Shown one piece after another: positions 12,022-24,452 of a stretch of DNA of 64,000 nucleotides. A program made the translations under genes and the position numbers. How positions within the stretch are numbered: the stretch's first letter is position 1; every line of letters begins with the position of its first letter. Origin of the DNA: Octopus sinensis. Taxonomy: Eukaryota. The notes under the pieces are model-generated. The model worked only from the letters and a program-made list of their open reading frames with translations. It was not told the DNA's origin and ran no database searches. The stretch is taken from the NCBI RefSeq assembly GCF_006345805.1, contig NC_043021.1, positions 24,738,001-24,802,000 of the forward strand, read 5' to 3'.

Positions 12022-13687
12022 GGGTGGGGAGGAGGCGAAAGAGAAAAAATAGGGCAAGCAAGTGTAGAGACAAATTTGCATGTGATTACTTAGTTGCAAT
12101 AGCTCACTATTAAATGGATGGAGATGATAATTGATGCTGATATCTACACTGTACTGTCTGCCATGTGAGCCTCTCCAGTCTACCTACCTACCTACCAAGC
12201 ACACAACAGAGAGAGAGGCAGAGAGGAGGAGACGGCAATAGCTTATATACACATATCTACACACAACATATAGTCACACACACACACGCCTATATATATA
12301 TATATAAATATTCATACACAGAAACAGAGACAGAGAGAGAAAGAGAGAGAGAAGAGGACATGTAAAATGAGTCATAATCAGCAATATCATTCTAAGTCAA
12401 TGAAGCACACAGATTTGTTACTAAGGTACAGAAATACTGCTGAAATGAAACTCTGGCTTGATTGGTTGCTTGTGCTTCAGAAAGCTTTCGTTTGCTTATT
12501 TTCTTCAATGATTGACTACAAAGCTATGGCTCTATCTCCATTGCTATCTGTATTTATTATCTTTAAAAAAGAAAGGAAAGAAAGAAACATTATCGTTGTT
12601 GTTATCAGAGCAACAGGCAAGATACTTTGTACAATTTAGTTATGTCCCTTTGTGTTTCCAAGTTCAAATCCTGCCAATGTCAACTGCTTTTGTCCCCAAA
12701 GGGAGGGGCACATATTAGCCAGTCGAGTAAAGTCCAAAATTCCTGGCCTTGAGTGAAGGGCTAGGTGCTGCCCTCTAGTGAGTATAACTAAAGGTGAACA
12801 AGAGCAACAACACTCAAAGGCCTACATTAAATACACCAAACTAGCTTAGATGGTCTTATCCCTCTGTTTGGAGAACTTATTAAAATTTTTGCTTTTCTTG
12901 ACTTACTTTAATTCAATGTCCCCTCCCAAACCCTACTTTTAGTGTTTAGAGTTCATCCCCAAATTGTTCCTGAATGTTTTGGGTCCTTGTCACTCATAAA
13001 AAATCATCATGATATTGCATGATTGGGTTTCAGTTCCATTGCATGGCACCTCAGGCAAGTGTCTGCCACAGCCTCAGACCCTGCAATGCTTTGAGAGTGA
13101 ATTTGACAGACAGAAACTGTGGCAGCCCATCATCTCTATGTCATCTATGTATCATATTTCAGTAGATACATCACTAAGCCAGTTACCATGGTAACATGTC
13201 TTGTGCATGTGCTGTGCTAAAAATACAAACATGAGAGGAGGGGCAGAAAAAAAAAAATCAACCCAGCAGTGGACAGCAAGAATGCCACATGCATTTTGCC
13301 TATTTTTGGTTGTTTTCAATGACATGGACTTGCAGACAGCCAAATGCTTGGATGAGAATTTGTCACCTCCAGATATAACAAACTGGGAATGAAATATTCA
13401 CTGATGTTGCAAATAGTCACTCAGTTGAATAAAAATCCAGCATGTGCAATTGTGGTAGTATCAAAATGGCCATTTCTGTGTGTCTTATTGCATTTGTACC
13501 CACAGCTTGATAATTAGTGTTGGTTTGTTTACAACCCTAGAACATAGTAGTTTGGCAAAAGAGACCAAAAGTTTCAGTACCAGACTTAAAATAAGTACAG
13601 GGCTCAATTTGTTCAACTAAACCCCATGGTGGCCACCACAGTCTAATGACTGAAACAAGTAGAAGAAGAAAAAGGCAGCTGTCATAA

Positions 13688-13897
13688 CCCTTTCTACTAA
13701 AGGCACAAGGCCTGAAATTTTGAGGGAGGGAAGTAGTTGATTATATCGACCCCAGTGCACAACTGGTACTTATTTTATATCAACCTTGAAATAATGAAAG
13801 GTGAGGCTGAACTAAATGGAATTTGAATCTGGAATGTGAAGACGGACAAAATACTGCTAAGCATTTTGTCTAACGATTCTGCCAGCTTGCTGCTGCC
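13688..13897 (-). mobile_element. SINE family E (tRNA-like head ggcagc...gctggcagaatcgttag)
   Basis: ccctttctactaaaggcacaaggcctgaaatttt...taacgattctgccagcttgctgc; homologous to 58335-58521 and to the 50.8-51.45 kb cluster. Confidence 0.75.
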
Positions 13898-15753
13898 TTA
13901 AAGACAGCTGCCATAACGAAAGGATAAAATGGTAAAGTATTAACAGTAATGTCTGATGTTCTGAGTTCAAATCCCACCAAAGGCAACTTTACCTTTCACC
14001 CTCCCAGGATAGTACCAGTTGTGTACTAAACATGAACAAGAGGATCCACATAATTGCTCCTCTCAAATTTGTAGCCTCATGTCTGGTAGAAGCATTAGAG
14101 CATCAGCTGAAATTATTAATGTCATCCCAATGCTTTAAGCTCTCAGTTCAAATCCTACTGAAGTCAAATTTGGCCTTTCATCCCTCCAGGGTCAATAGAG
14201 TACCAGACAAACCCTATCCCTCCTCACAAAATTCCAAGCTTTTGGGCCTAAATTAAAACAAGTTACTATGCAATGGACTGGCCAATGAAAGGTTCAACTA
14301 AACACCTTACTGTCTATAGTTAGGGTCTTCTGTATTCCCAGTTCAAATTCTGCTGGAATTCATAAAATAAGGAAGTACTGGAATGGATTAAATTTGATAG
14401 GTTTCTCTCTTGTCAAATTTCTATCCTTGTATCAATTATCCTTTAATATCTGTATTCCATGCAGGATAGGTCTGACTGTTTGATAGGGGCTAATGAACCA
14501 GAGGACTACACCAACCCTGGATGCTCTTCCTAAAACTAATCACTTTGCTGTGGCACTTGTGTGGTTAAGAGGGTAACTTGCAAGACCAGACCCCTCAACT
14601 GAGGTGGGTGTGGTATAGATGGTGGCGACTTTATGCCAAGTGACCAAAGGCTAAAGTGTGAGGGGAAACGAACAGGGGTCATGCTGTAGGGGAGATACGT
14701 GGCTATCCAGTTGGAAGAGAAGGAGTGGTGGAGATGTGTCAGGGTGTAGCCTCAAGTTAGAGGAAGGTGTGTATAAGAGATCCAGAGGATTGGACAAGGT
14801 GAGTGGGTAGGTAAGTAAATTTGCAAGAGTGTAGGAGGAGAGTGGCAGGTGGAGAGAGATGTAAGAAATTATTAAGGCAGTGGCGTGGCAGCAAAGTAAC
14901 ATGGCTGGTGGTACTTAGTTTAGTTTCTGCCACAGTTCCATTCACGTTAGTGTAGGAAGGGTGAGAAAATAATCATTAATATGTTTGATATCATTTATCA
15001 CTAACACCTGCAGGTTTTCTGTGCCACAGGAACAATAATGCATCATGCTGAACTGTAAGGTATCCCAACAGATAAACTACTTCCCAGTTAGATTAACTCA
15101 AATAGTGCAGCCAAGGTGTTCCATATCTATTAAAAACCTGGGGAAAGAAAAATCATCTAATTAAAATATTTAGGTGAGATTCGTTTTAGCGAATGGCTTG
15201 TTTAGTCCAAGATCAGTCTTGATCCTGCAGACTAAAGATCAAAGATATTCCAGCCTTGATGAGGAGTCTGTCTATTATTAGCGCAAAGTGTACTTCCTTT
15301 AAGATAATAGCATGCGATTTGAGGGAGATTTGACTATTTGTAGTCAAACAAACTAGCACTCGGTTGGTTATGAGCAGAACAGCCTGCTCGTGAAATTAAT
15401 GTGCAAGTGGCTGAGCACTCCACAGACACGTCTACCCTTGATGTAGTTCTTGGGGGAGATTCAGCATAACACAGAATGTGACATGGCTGGCCCTTTAAAT
15501 TATAGGTGAATGGACTGTGCAGATACCCTGAGGCCACTGCTACACAACCTACTTTCTTGCTCACCAAAGAATCTGCTCCTTCATCAAGTGCACCAACTTG
15601 CTTTGCTGTTTTGTCTCAAGTCTAACTACAATGCTATTAACTCTTCATTTGAATGTGAAATAATAAGAGAAGCAGGGGAATCATGGGTAGGTTATCAGAT
15701 AAGGTCACTTTCATGCATGGCAGATGCACAGGAACAATAAGCACTAAGGGCCA

Positions 15754-17308
15754 CTCTCTCGTATGACCAAAAGGCTCTCGAGGTAGTAGATAGTTTCTGC
15801 AATTTAGGTGACCAAATTAGTAATGGTGGTGGATGATCTGAAAGTATTGTTTCCAGAATAAGAATAGGATGGAGGAAGTTCAGAGAGCTCCCACCTGTGT
15901 TGGCAGCAAAAGGACTCTCAGAGTGAAAGGTAGATAGTAGTATGCTTGTGGAGAACGCCTATGTTGCATGGTAGTGAGACATGGACTCTGACTGCGGAGG
16001 AGGACATGCCTAGACTGGAGAGGAATGAAGGTAGTACGCTCAGTTGGATCTGCAATATCAGTGCACATGACTGACAAAGCACAACTGAGTTGAGAGAAAA
16101 AATCAGGCAAAAGAGGGATTAAATATGGTATGCAGGAGAGAAGAATGCATTGGTTTGGACTTGCGATACGTATGAGTGAAGACAGCTGTATACGGAAGTG
16201 ACTGGTACCTGTGGAAGAGGGAGGCCCAGGAAGACATGGGATGAAGTGGAGAGGACTGATCTTAGGATGTTGGGACTCACGGAGGAAATGACAATAGACC
16301 AAGATGTTTGGTGATATGAGGTTCTAGAGAAGACCTGTCAACACGAAACTGTGTGTTAGAATAGTTGTATCCTACCCACATGTAACCACAGACTTTTCAC
16401 CCACTCAACCCTAAGAAACCAAACTACTACAACTCTTCTAAACTGCCTCTTTCTCTTCCTCACATTTCCTCTTCATGAACTATGATCATCTTCCAATCGC
16501 CATTCTTGCCCTCACTGCCCTGCTCACTGTATTACTGTTCCTCCCACCCACAACACATTTTTCTAACCAGGTTCTATGCTCAAATCCTTGTTACTCATGA
16601 GTATACCCTAGCACTACACCACACCATCTCTCTTTTGCTGTTTCCTATTCCCTCACTCTTACCCTTGGTCACTCTCTCTCTCTCTCCTTCTCTTGTTTTT
16701 CCATTGACTAGGTAACCAAGTATCTCCTTTACGTCAACACACTTGTTTCTGGCTGCTGTCTTGCACCTCTCTCTCACTGGGTAACCATGTACCTCTTCTG
16801 TAGCAAGACACCTATTTCTGCTTCTCTATTTCTCTGTTGCACTCTAACCTTTCATCATTTGATACTGGATCACTTCCTTTAATGCCCCCTGTTGTGGCAA
16901 GACACCCGTTTCTGCCTCTCTGTCAAACCAACCTTTCATCCTCTGACACAAGTTCCCCTCTTCAAATGCCCCTGCCCCACTCATAATTCCTTGTCTTGCG
17001 AGTTACTTGATTAACCTGCCAGTGCTGATGTCACATTAAAAGCCTCCAATCCACATTGTAACATGGTTGGCATTTGGAAGGGCATCCAGCAGTAAAATTC
17101 ATGCCAAAAACTAACTTCACCTTTGCTAGTGCCTCATAGAAAGCACACTGAGTCCACTCTGTAGAGTGGTTTATGTTAGGAAGGGCATCCAGCCATAAAA
17201 TCCCTGCCAAAACAGATACAGTAGCCTAGGGTAGTTTTTCTACCTGACTGGCTCCGGTCAACTGTCCTATCCATGCATAGAAGATGGACATTAAACAATG
17301 ATGATGAT
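15754..17308 (+). mobile_element. RTE-clade LINE, 5'-truncated (ORF2 C-terminus, 3' UTR, (TGA)n tail)
   Basis: Broken frames give LEVVDSFCNLGDQIS...RIRIGWRKFREL...MLHGSETW...RRMHWFG...GRGRPRKTWDEV...DLRMLGLTEEM. The 3' UTR ends ggaagggcatccagc...ggacattaaacaatgatgatgat. Confidence 0.9.
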
Positions 17309-17439
17309 AAAGAAACATAAATAATCTCTATTCAATGTGCCTTTAGTTCATGATTGTCAATGAATAATTGCTCATGTTGTGAGCTACTCCAGTGCAATTT
17401 CAGCTTGTACCTCTTCTTTTTGGACACAGCATCCATATT

Positions 17440-17910
17440 TACTTAAGAACCCCCCCACCCACTCAGTTTCCTCTGCATTTCACTATGTCACATCCTGGAA
17501 TAGTTCTGACACTTATCTCCTTTCGATTTATTTGGGCCAGCATCAACAGATATCCAACAATGGATGAAAAACCATCTTCCTTACCAATACCAACGACCAA
17601 AGATTTATTGGCACGTTAAATTATCCTTGGGGGCCCTTTCACATCACCAGACAGATTTAATCCTGTGCACTTCAATACTGTGGGCCCTGTCTCTCCATCT
17701 GCTTGCTTGCATTGATTGATACAGCTGGAAGCAACAACCTAGAGCTTTGCTGCAGCAAAATGGTTTCCTTGTTACAGTAGCTCAGTCACCATTGCAATTC
17801 AAATCTTTGAACTTCTCAAACTGATCGACTGCACAAGAATTCAAACTACAGCTTATAACCCAAAAGCCAATGGCACTGTTTAATATTTCCATCATCAATT
17901 TAAAGGAGTT
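17440..17910 (+). pseudogene. Ty3/Gypsy integrase relic
   Basis: SHPGI...RFIWASIN, PDRFNPVHFNTVGPVSPS, LACID*YSW and RIQTTAYNPKANGTV*YFHHQFK match the Gypsy integrase motifs SHPG, FxHVHIDIVGPLP, LTCIDRFTRW and TTAYHPxANGLVERFHRQLK. Confidence 0.85.
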
Positions 17911-18102
17911 GGCAAAGCTCAGCCAGATTTTTTTCATAATGGAGCAAATTTTTTACTATCATGCACATGCATAGAATTACCCTGTTGTTTCCCTCAAATG
18001 ATTGGGACAAATTGTCTCTCGATGTAGAATCAGTAAGGGACCTAGATTATATTTTGGAAACACTACAACACCTGTACACCTGCAATGGGTGATTGTGTGA
18101 AT

Positions 18103-18137
<35 letters not shown>

Positions 18138-18889
18138 TATAAAAAAATTTGTTCATTCTTCTAACAAAAAAAAAAAAATGTATGTTTTACTTTTAAACAT
18201 CAAAACTGAAGTTTCATATAAATTTAATTCATTAGCAACTATTTCCATAATTGAATTAAATTGTTTTGTTGGTAGAATTCGTCTTCGTTGTTCTTTTTCT
18301 TTGTGACTAAATTTCATTTGACATTTACAGAGGTCACACCACTGCATCCAGTTGGTTTCAGGTTGCTACTCACCATTTAAGTTTGGTCTCTTTCTTACCT
18401 ATTTTCAGTTATAGATGCTATCAGCCACTCCTAAACATTCTAATATTTTACAAGAGTTTCTACCGAATACTACCCACAGGCAATGCCTTTAAATTGAAAG
18501 CAATTCAGCTGAATTTCAAATTACTTTTGCGATTCTTTGAATCAGTTTACCCCAAGAACCAGACTGACAATATTAAATTCCCAGACTCAACTAACCCTAA
18601 ACAGCTTTGTTGAAGAAAAGTTGAGTCTGGGAGAAAAAGCACAGACTGAAAATCTGCTACATAGCACCAAATCCACTGAACATTTCTGATTTTCCATTGT
18701 GTTCTATTGAAAACCACACCCACCCACAGTCTGCAGTAGAAGTATCCAAGCCTTCTCCACAACTTCCCATTCCTGTGTGTTATGGAATGACCTTTCAACA
18801 GAAGGGAAATAACAATACCAGCACCCATCGCTCAACAATTATAAGGTGACAGAGCAAATGTACATAAACATGTTATATATATACATATA

Positions 18890-19184
18890 TCACGTGATCA
18901 CGTGACTGACCAGACCATCAGATGTTGCTACACATCACTGGTCACAATGCGTTCGCATTGTTTTAGCCTTCAAATGACACCACCCCCGTCTGGCTAAGCG
19001 AGCAGGCCAACAGAAAAAAGAGTGGTGAAAGAGTACAGCAGGGATCACCACCCCCTGCCGGAGCCTCATGGAGCTTTTAGGTGTTTTCGCTCAATAAACA
19101 CACACAATGCCCGGTCTGGGAATCGAAACCTCGATCCTACGACCGCGAGTCCGCTGCCCTAACCACTGGGCCATTGCACCTCCA
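18890..19184 (-). mobile_element. tRNA-derived SINE family C, full length
   Basis: Minus strand: tggaggtgcaaTGGCCCAGTGGttagggcagcggactcgcggtcgtaggatcgaGGTTTCGATTCCC (A and B boxes) ... ends tcacgtgatcacgtga. The 3' part recurs at 45661-45780. Confidence 0.85.
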
Positions 19185-19399
19185 TATATATACAGACACA
19201 TGCAAAAAGGATTCTATTCATTTCTCAACTCAAGGCTACTGAAGCCTTGTATCCAGGGTGCAACACAGTAGGACTCAACAATGTGATTGGGAAGGCAACA
19301 GAACTGCCAAATATCTAATTAGACTATATTTGATCTGATCAGTAAAGCAACTCATTCAACATCATCCCAGTAACTAATGAATTTAATGAAAATACTTAC

Positions 19400-19431
19400 A
19401 GTTCCTCACGCTGTCTTTGGGAGAGTACCAT
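19400..19431 (-). CDS. PAFAH1B1: LIS1 (lissencephaly-1, dynein regulator) first coding exon, MVLSQRQREEL; the gene continues beyond base 1
   Basis: cgacaccATGG (strong Kozak), then ATG GTA CTC TCC CAA AGA CAG CGT GAG GAA CT|gtaagt. The peptide matches the LIS1 N-terminus (human MVLSQRQRDEL), and the 32-nt phase-2 junction is the same as in human. Confidence 0.92.
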
Positions 19432-19623
19432 GGTGTCGAAACAGTCAGCAAGATACACACCACTTGCAACTTTTCAATGCAAAAAAGCTTATCGCTCGTG
19501 TATGGAGTGTGTGTTTCAATTACAAGACGGAGAGAGGAGGGGGGGCTTGTTGACTTATTTTAGCTTTAATCCAAATAACATCCAAAACTTAACACTTTTG
19601 GTTAGGCCACATTCTCACGAAAT
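19400..19623 (-). other. PAFAH1B1: LIS1 exon: 192-nt 5' UTR plus 32-nt CDS
   Basis: Acceptor ttctttttctattttatttcag| at 19624-19645; donor |gtaagt at 19399-19394. Confidence 0.8.
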
Positions 19624-20837
19624 CTGAAATAAAATAGAAAAAGAATTTATTAAGCATTTTAAAACAAAATCAAAATTTAAACACTTATGAGAACACACAT
19701 ATTTCTCAACTACCATCGTTGTTTTAGCATCCACTTTTCCATGCTTAGAAGGAACAGATGGAATTTTTAGCAGTGGAATCCCTGCAGCCAGGTGCCCTTC
19801 CTCTCACCCAGCCTCTACCTGTTCCCAAGGCCAGACAGGTTTTTCACAGCAGATTGTAAACAACACCTGTTTACAGCCATTATGCAATAAGAACATACAC
19901 TCTAGAGGCTTCTTTCATTTTCTGTTGATCAAATCCAGTTAAAGTTTTGATTGGCCTAGGGCTACAGAAGATACTTGCCCCTTAGGAAGCAAGCTTCTTA
20001 TCCAAATAGCCATGCCTATGCCTACACTTATGAGAATTTATATAAAGTAAATAAAACCAAATTCAGTAAGCTGTCAGCATGTGTACGGAAATAGGATAAA
20101 CAAAATAGAGATTTCAAAATGTTGCCAAAATAAATAATTTAAATTATCAACAAGATGGTAAAAATATTACTTTTTTTTAAATCGTAATTTGTTCAGAAAT
20201 ATTCTAAAAAAGATATTTGCCTCCCAGTTCTATGCTTGCTCTCTTTCTCTCTCTCTCACACAATTATTTAAAATTTATATTTGCTCTCCAAGTTCTCTCC
20301 TCTCACATGATTATTCATTTTTTCCGGATTACTCTTCAAAATAAAGTCAAATCACACGCAATAACCATTATTTTTTTTCTGGTCTTCAACACCAGACTGT
20401 ATTCCACGAAATCAGAATTTCAATATAATTCATCTTTAAATTAACCTCTGTTTAAAAACTGTTTTAAAGTACAAATTTATAAAACTGTTACAATTTGAAT
20501 AAATTAGAAATGAAGGCTGGATAACAGGAAAGGAAATGGGTTTAAATCCATCCATGGAAGGAACAATAAAAGGGAAAAAAATGAATAAACTGCAGTCTTT
20601 GGTGCATGAGTTAGCATCCATTTGCATTACAGAAATATCGGAACCAAAATATATATTAAAACTTTAATAAATGGGAAAAAAAGAAACAAAGGACGACTAC
20701 AATATCCCAACTGTTGTCATTCTACAGCAAGTTTCACAATAAATGTTCAAGTCCATGCTGATCTTGGGAATCAGACCGACACTGGGGCAACTCCCTCGCC
20801 ACACAAATCGCTCGTTATCACAACTTTCACAGTTCTA

Positions 20838-21482
20838 TTCTTTTACTCTTTTCAGTCATTTGACTGCAGCCATGCTGGAGCACCACCTTAAGGGATTTTA
20901 GTCGAACAAATCAACCCCAGGACTTACTCTTTGTAAACCTAGTACTCATTCTATCGGTCTCTTTAGCCAAACTGCTAATTTACAGGGGCGTAAACACACC
21001 AACATCGGTTGTCAAGAGATGGGTGAGAGAACAGACACAAACACAAGTATGTATATGTGTGGGTGTATATTATATACTTGGTAGATGGAAACCGAAACAA
21101 GCCCGTCGTATATATATATATATGTGTGTGTGTGTGTCGTCCACCACCACCCCAACCATCGCTTAACAACCGATGTTGGTGTGTTTAACACCCCGTAATA
21201 TAGCAATTCTGCAAAATAGACCAACAGAATAAGTACTAGGTCGATTTGTTCAATGGGAAGCGGTGCTCCAACATGGCCACAGTCAAATGACTGAAATAAG
21301 CAAAAGAATAAAAGAAAATAGAATATATGACAGGCTTCTTTCAGTTTCCGTCTACCAAATCCACTCAAGGCTTTGATCGGTCCGAGGCTATAGTAGAAGA
21401 CACTTGTCCAAGGTACCACACAGCAGGACTGAACCCGGAACCATGTGATTGGGAAGCAAACTTCTTACCACACAGCCACTAC
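20838..21482 (-). mobile_element. SINE family A interrupted by an oppositely oriented family-A 3' fragment (~21078-21322)
   Basis: 3' half on minus at 20838-21060, plus-strand 3' half at 21078-21322, 5' half on minus at 21325-21482. Confidence 0.75.
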
Positions 21483-21736
21483 TTTTGTATGGGTGAGTGC
21501 TGTTGGTTGAAGCCATTAACTTGTGTGGTTAATGCTCTTGAGAAGGGCATGAACACCATATCACTTTCATTAGAGTATTTGCTACAATCGAAAAGAAACC
21601 ATTATTCTTTTTGTTGTTGCCTTCAACACAAACAGATGCGAGTTCTTTCAAACTGATCTCTCCCTCGCTGACCAAATTAAATCCTCGCTGATAACGTAAA
21701 CAGTTGTAGAGGTGTCACAGGGCCAGCGACGCTTAC

Positions 21737-21868
21737 AGACCGGTTTCAATCCCCAGGAAGAAAACAGTCCACCAACGATCACACGCTAAACTTCTCTGAA
21801 GGGGAGAAGACGGATACTAAAGTGTCATTGTGAACGTCACCCTTCCCGATTTTCGTCTTCCTAACAGC
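21737..21868 (-). other. candidate non-coding 5'-UTR exon of LIS1
   Basis: Acceptor ttatttttttctctatattctgaaatctccag| and donor |gtaagc in unique CpG-rich sequence 2.1 kb upstream of the ATG exon. Inferred from splice signals only. Confidence 0.45.
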
Positions 21869-23119
21869 CTGGAGATTTCAGAATATAGAGAAAAAAATAA
21901 CAGCTACATTACACAGAAATAATTCATTAAATATCTAATACACATATTGACAGTGTTATTAAATTAATGATATCGTTAATAAAACAGAAATCCTCTCGTT
22001 ATCTGGTTTACAGAATTAAGATTGTCAAAGAACTGAAAATTCAGCATCGCACATAGAGAGGAAGAGAGTGCGGGGGGGGGGCAGACGGAAGCAACAATGA
22101 CGTTGGTGACACGTAATGAGGCAAGTTGGAAAAACAATTTTGATGCGAGTGGAACTGGTCCCTGGCAGACATGGAGATGATGGAGAGCAGAGTGAGAGAA
22201 CAAGACAGAAACAGGTAATTAGAGATGGAGACAAAGGGGTTTGTTGCCGGAGTTCAACAACAGACGCAGAGAAGAAACGAGCAATGGACAAAGAGAAAAA
22301 TGGCAAAAAGAGAAGGAATTTTTTTTAAATATTGGATGGAATAAAAGACTATTCGAGAAATATGGTGTTGTTGGGAGAAAGTGAGAGATTAAGATGGACA
22401 GGCGTTGAGTCGAAGAGAGCAAAACAAATATATTCAGTGAGAAACATTATCAAAACCGAGACGAGACGATGATTAGAGCATTATTAAACATTTTGTGTGA
22501 AAAATGTATAATTGCCAACGTTGGGAAACTGTGTATATAGGCGTGTGCAATATATATATTATAGATAGACACGACTCTGATAATATAAGATATAGACACA
22601 CACGCACACATTAAATGATGATTCATCGAAATAGCTCGGTTGTTTTTGCTTCCATCTGCGGTTAAAGAAGAGGTGGAGTGGTTTTATAATAATAATAATA
22701 ATAATAATGGGAGGGAGGGAGAGGAACGGAGAATTGAACGGATATAAACAGAATGTTCACGAAGGAGCAGTCAGTCAGTCGACCTGCTAGACATAGTAGC
22801 TAAAGCTCTCTGCTATATTAAAAAAAAAAAAAAGGTTAGGGAGATAAACAATGCTTGAAAGAAGAAAGTGGTGGCGTCTGGAAGGGTTTACGAGTTCAAG
22901 AGTTGGGTGGGTGGGGCCTTGCAACAAATGTTGGACCTACATTTAACCAAGTATGTCATGACACAACAACCAGACGTGTGTGTGTCTGTGTGTGTGTGTC
23001 TGTGATAGCAAAGTCTCAAAGACAGGAAAACAGAACACAAGACTTGAATAATTTTGTTTGCTTTTTTTTTTTTGTTGTTGTTGTTGAAACAAAGATATTT
23101 TTAAAAATCACTGAAGTTG

Positions 23120-23167
<48 letters not shown>

Positions 23168-24017
23168 TACACATATACACATATACACACATATACATAT
23201 ATACACATATACATACACATATATATATATAATATATATACATACATACATATATACATACATATATATATATATACATACATATATATATATACATACA
23301 TATATATATATACATACATATATATATATATACATACATATATATATATACACACATATATATACACATACATATATATACATATATATACACATACATA
23401 TATATACATATATACATACATATATATATACATACATACATATATATACATACTTATATATATACATACATATATATATATACATACTTACATACATATA
23501 TATATATACATACTTACATACATATATATATATACATACTTACATACATATATATATATACATACTTACATACATATATATATATACATACTTACATACA
23601 TATATATATATACATACTTACATACATATATATATACATACTTACATACATATATATTACATACTTACATACATATAATATACATACTTACATACATATA
23701 TATATACATACTTACATACATATATATATACATACTTACATACATATATATATACATACTTACATACATATATATATACATACTTACATACATATATATA
23801 TACATACTTACATACATATATATATACATACTTACATACATATATATATACATACTTACATATATATACATACATACATATATATATACATACATACATA
23901 TATTATATACATACATACATATATATATACATACATATATATATACATACATACTATATATATATATATTACATACATACATATAATATATATATATATA
24001 CACATATATATATATAC

Positions 24018-24056
<39 letters not shown>

Positions 24057-24452
24057 CATACATACATATATATATATATATACATACATACATATATATA
24101 TATATATACAACATATATATATATATATATACATACATATATATATATATATACATACATATATATATATATACACATACATATATATATTATATACATA
24201 CATATATATATATATATACATACATATATATATATACATACATATATATATATACATACATATATATATATACATACAATATATATATACATACATACAT
24301 ATATATACATACATACATATATATATATACATACATATATATATACATACATATATATATATATATATACAAACTTACATATATATATACATACATATAT
24401 ACATACATACATACATACATATATACATACATACATACATATATATATATAT
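23120..24452. repeat. 1.3-kb compound (CA)/(TA)/(TACA) microsatellite with an embedded 24-bp minisatellite
   Basis: Direct reading; unit catacttacatacatatatatata repeats across 23484-23859. Confidence 0.97.

Noticed and set aside
12374-12391. NDIADY on the minus strand as the next LIS1 exon
   Set aside because: One residue short of N-x-A-I-A-D-Y, diverges immediately, and runs into a GA microsatellite.
19090-19184. tRNA genes (also 34360-34441, 49517-49585, 32902-32965)
   Set aside because: A and B boxes are present but there is no closed acceptor stem or T-run terminator; each continues into a repeat body, so they are SINE heads.
23016-24436. Many long Y/I/H/T/M/V/C-rich ORFs (up to 289 aa)
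   Set aside because: Translations of the TA/TACA microsatellite, which lacks stop codons in several frames.
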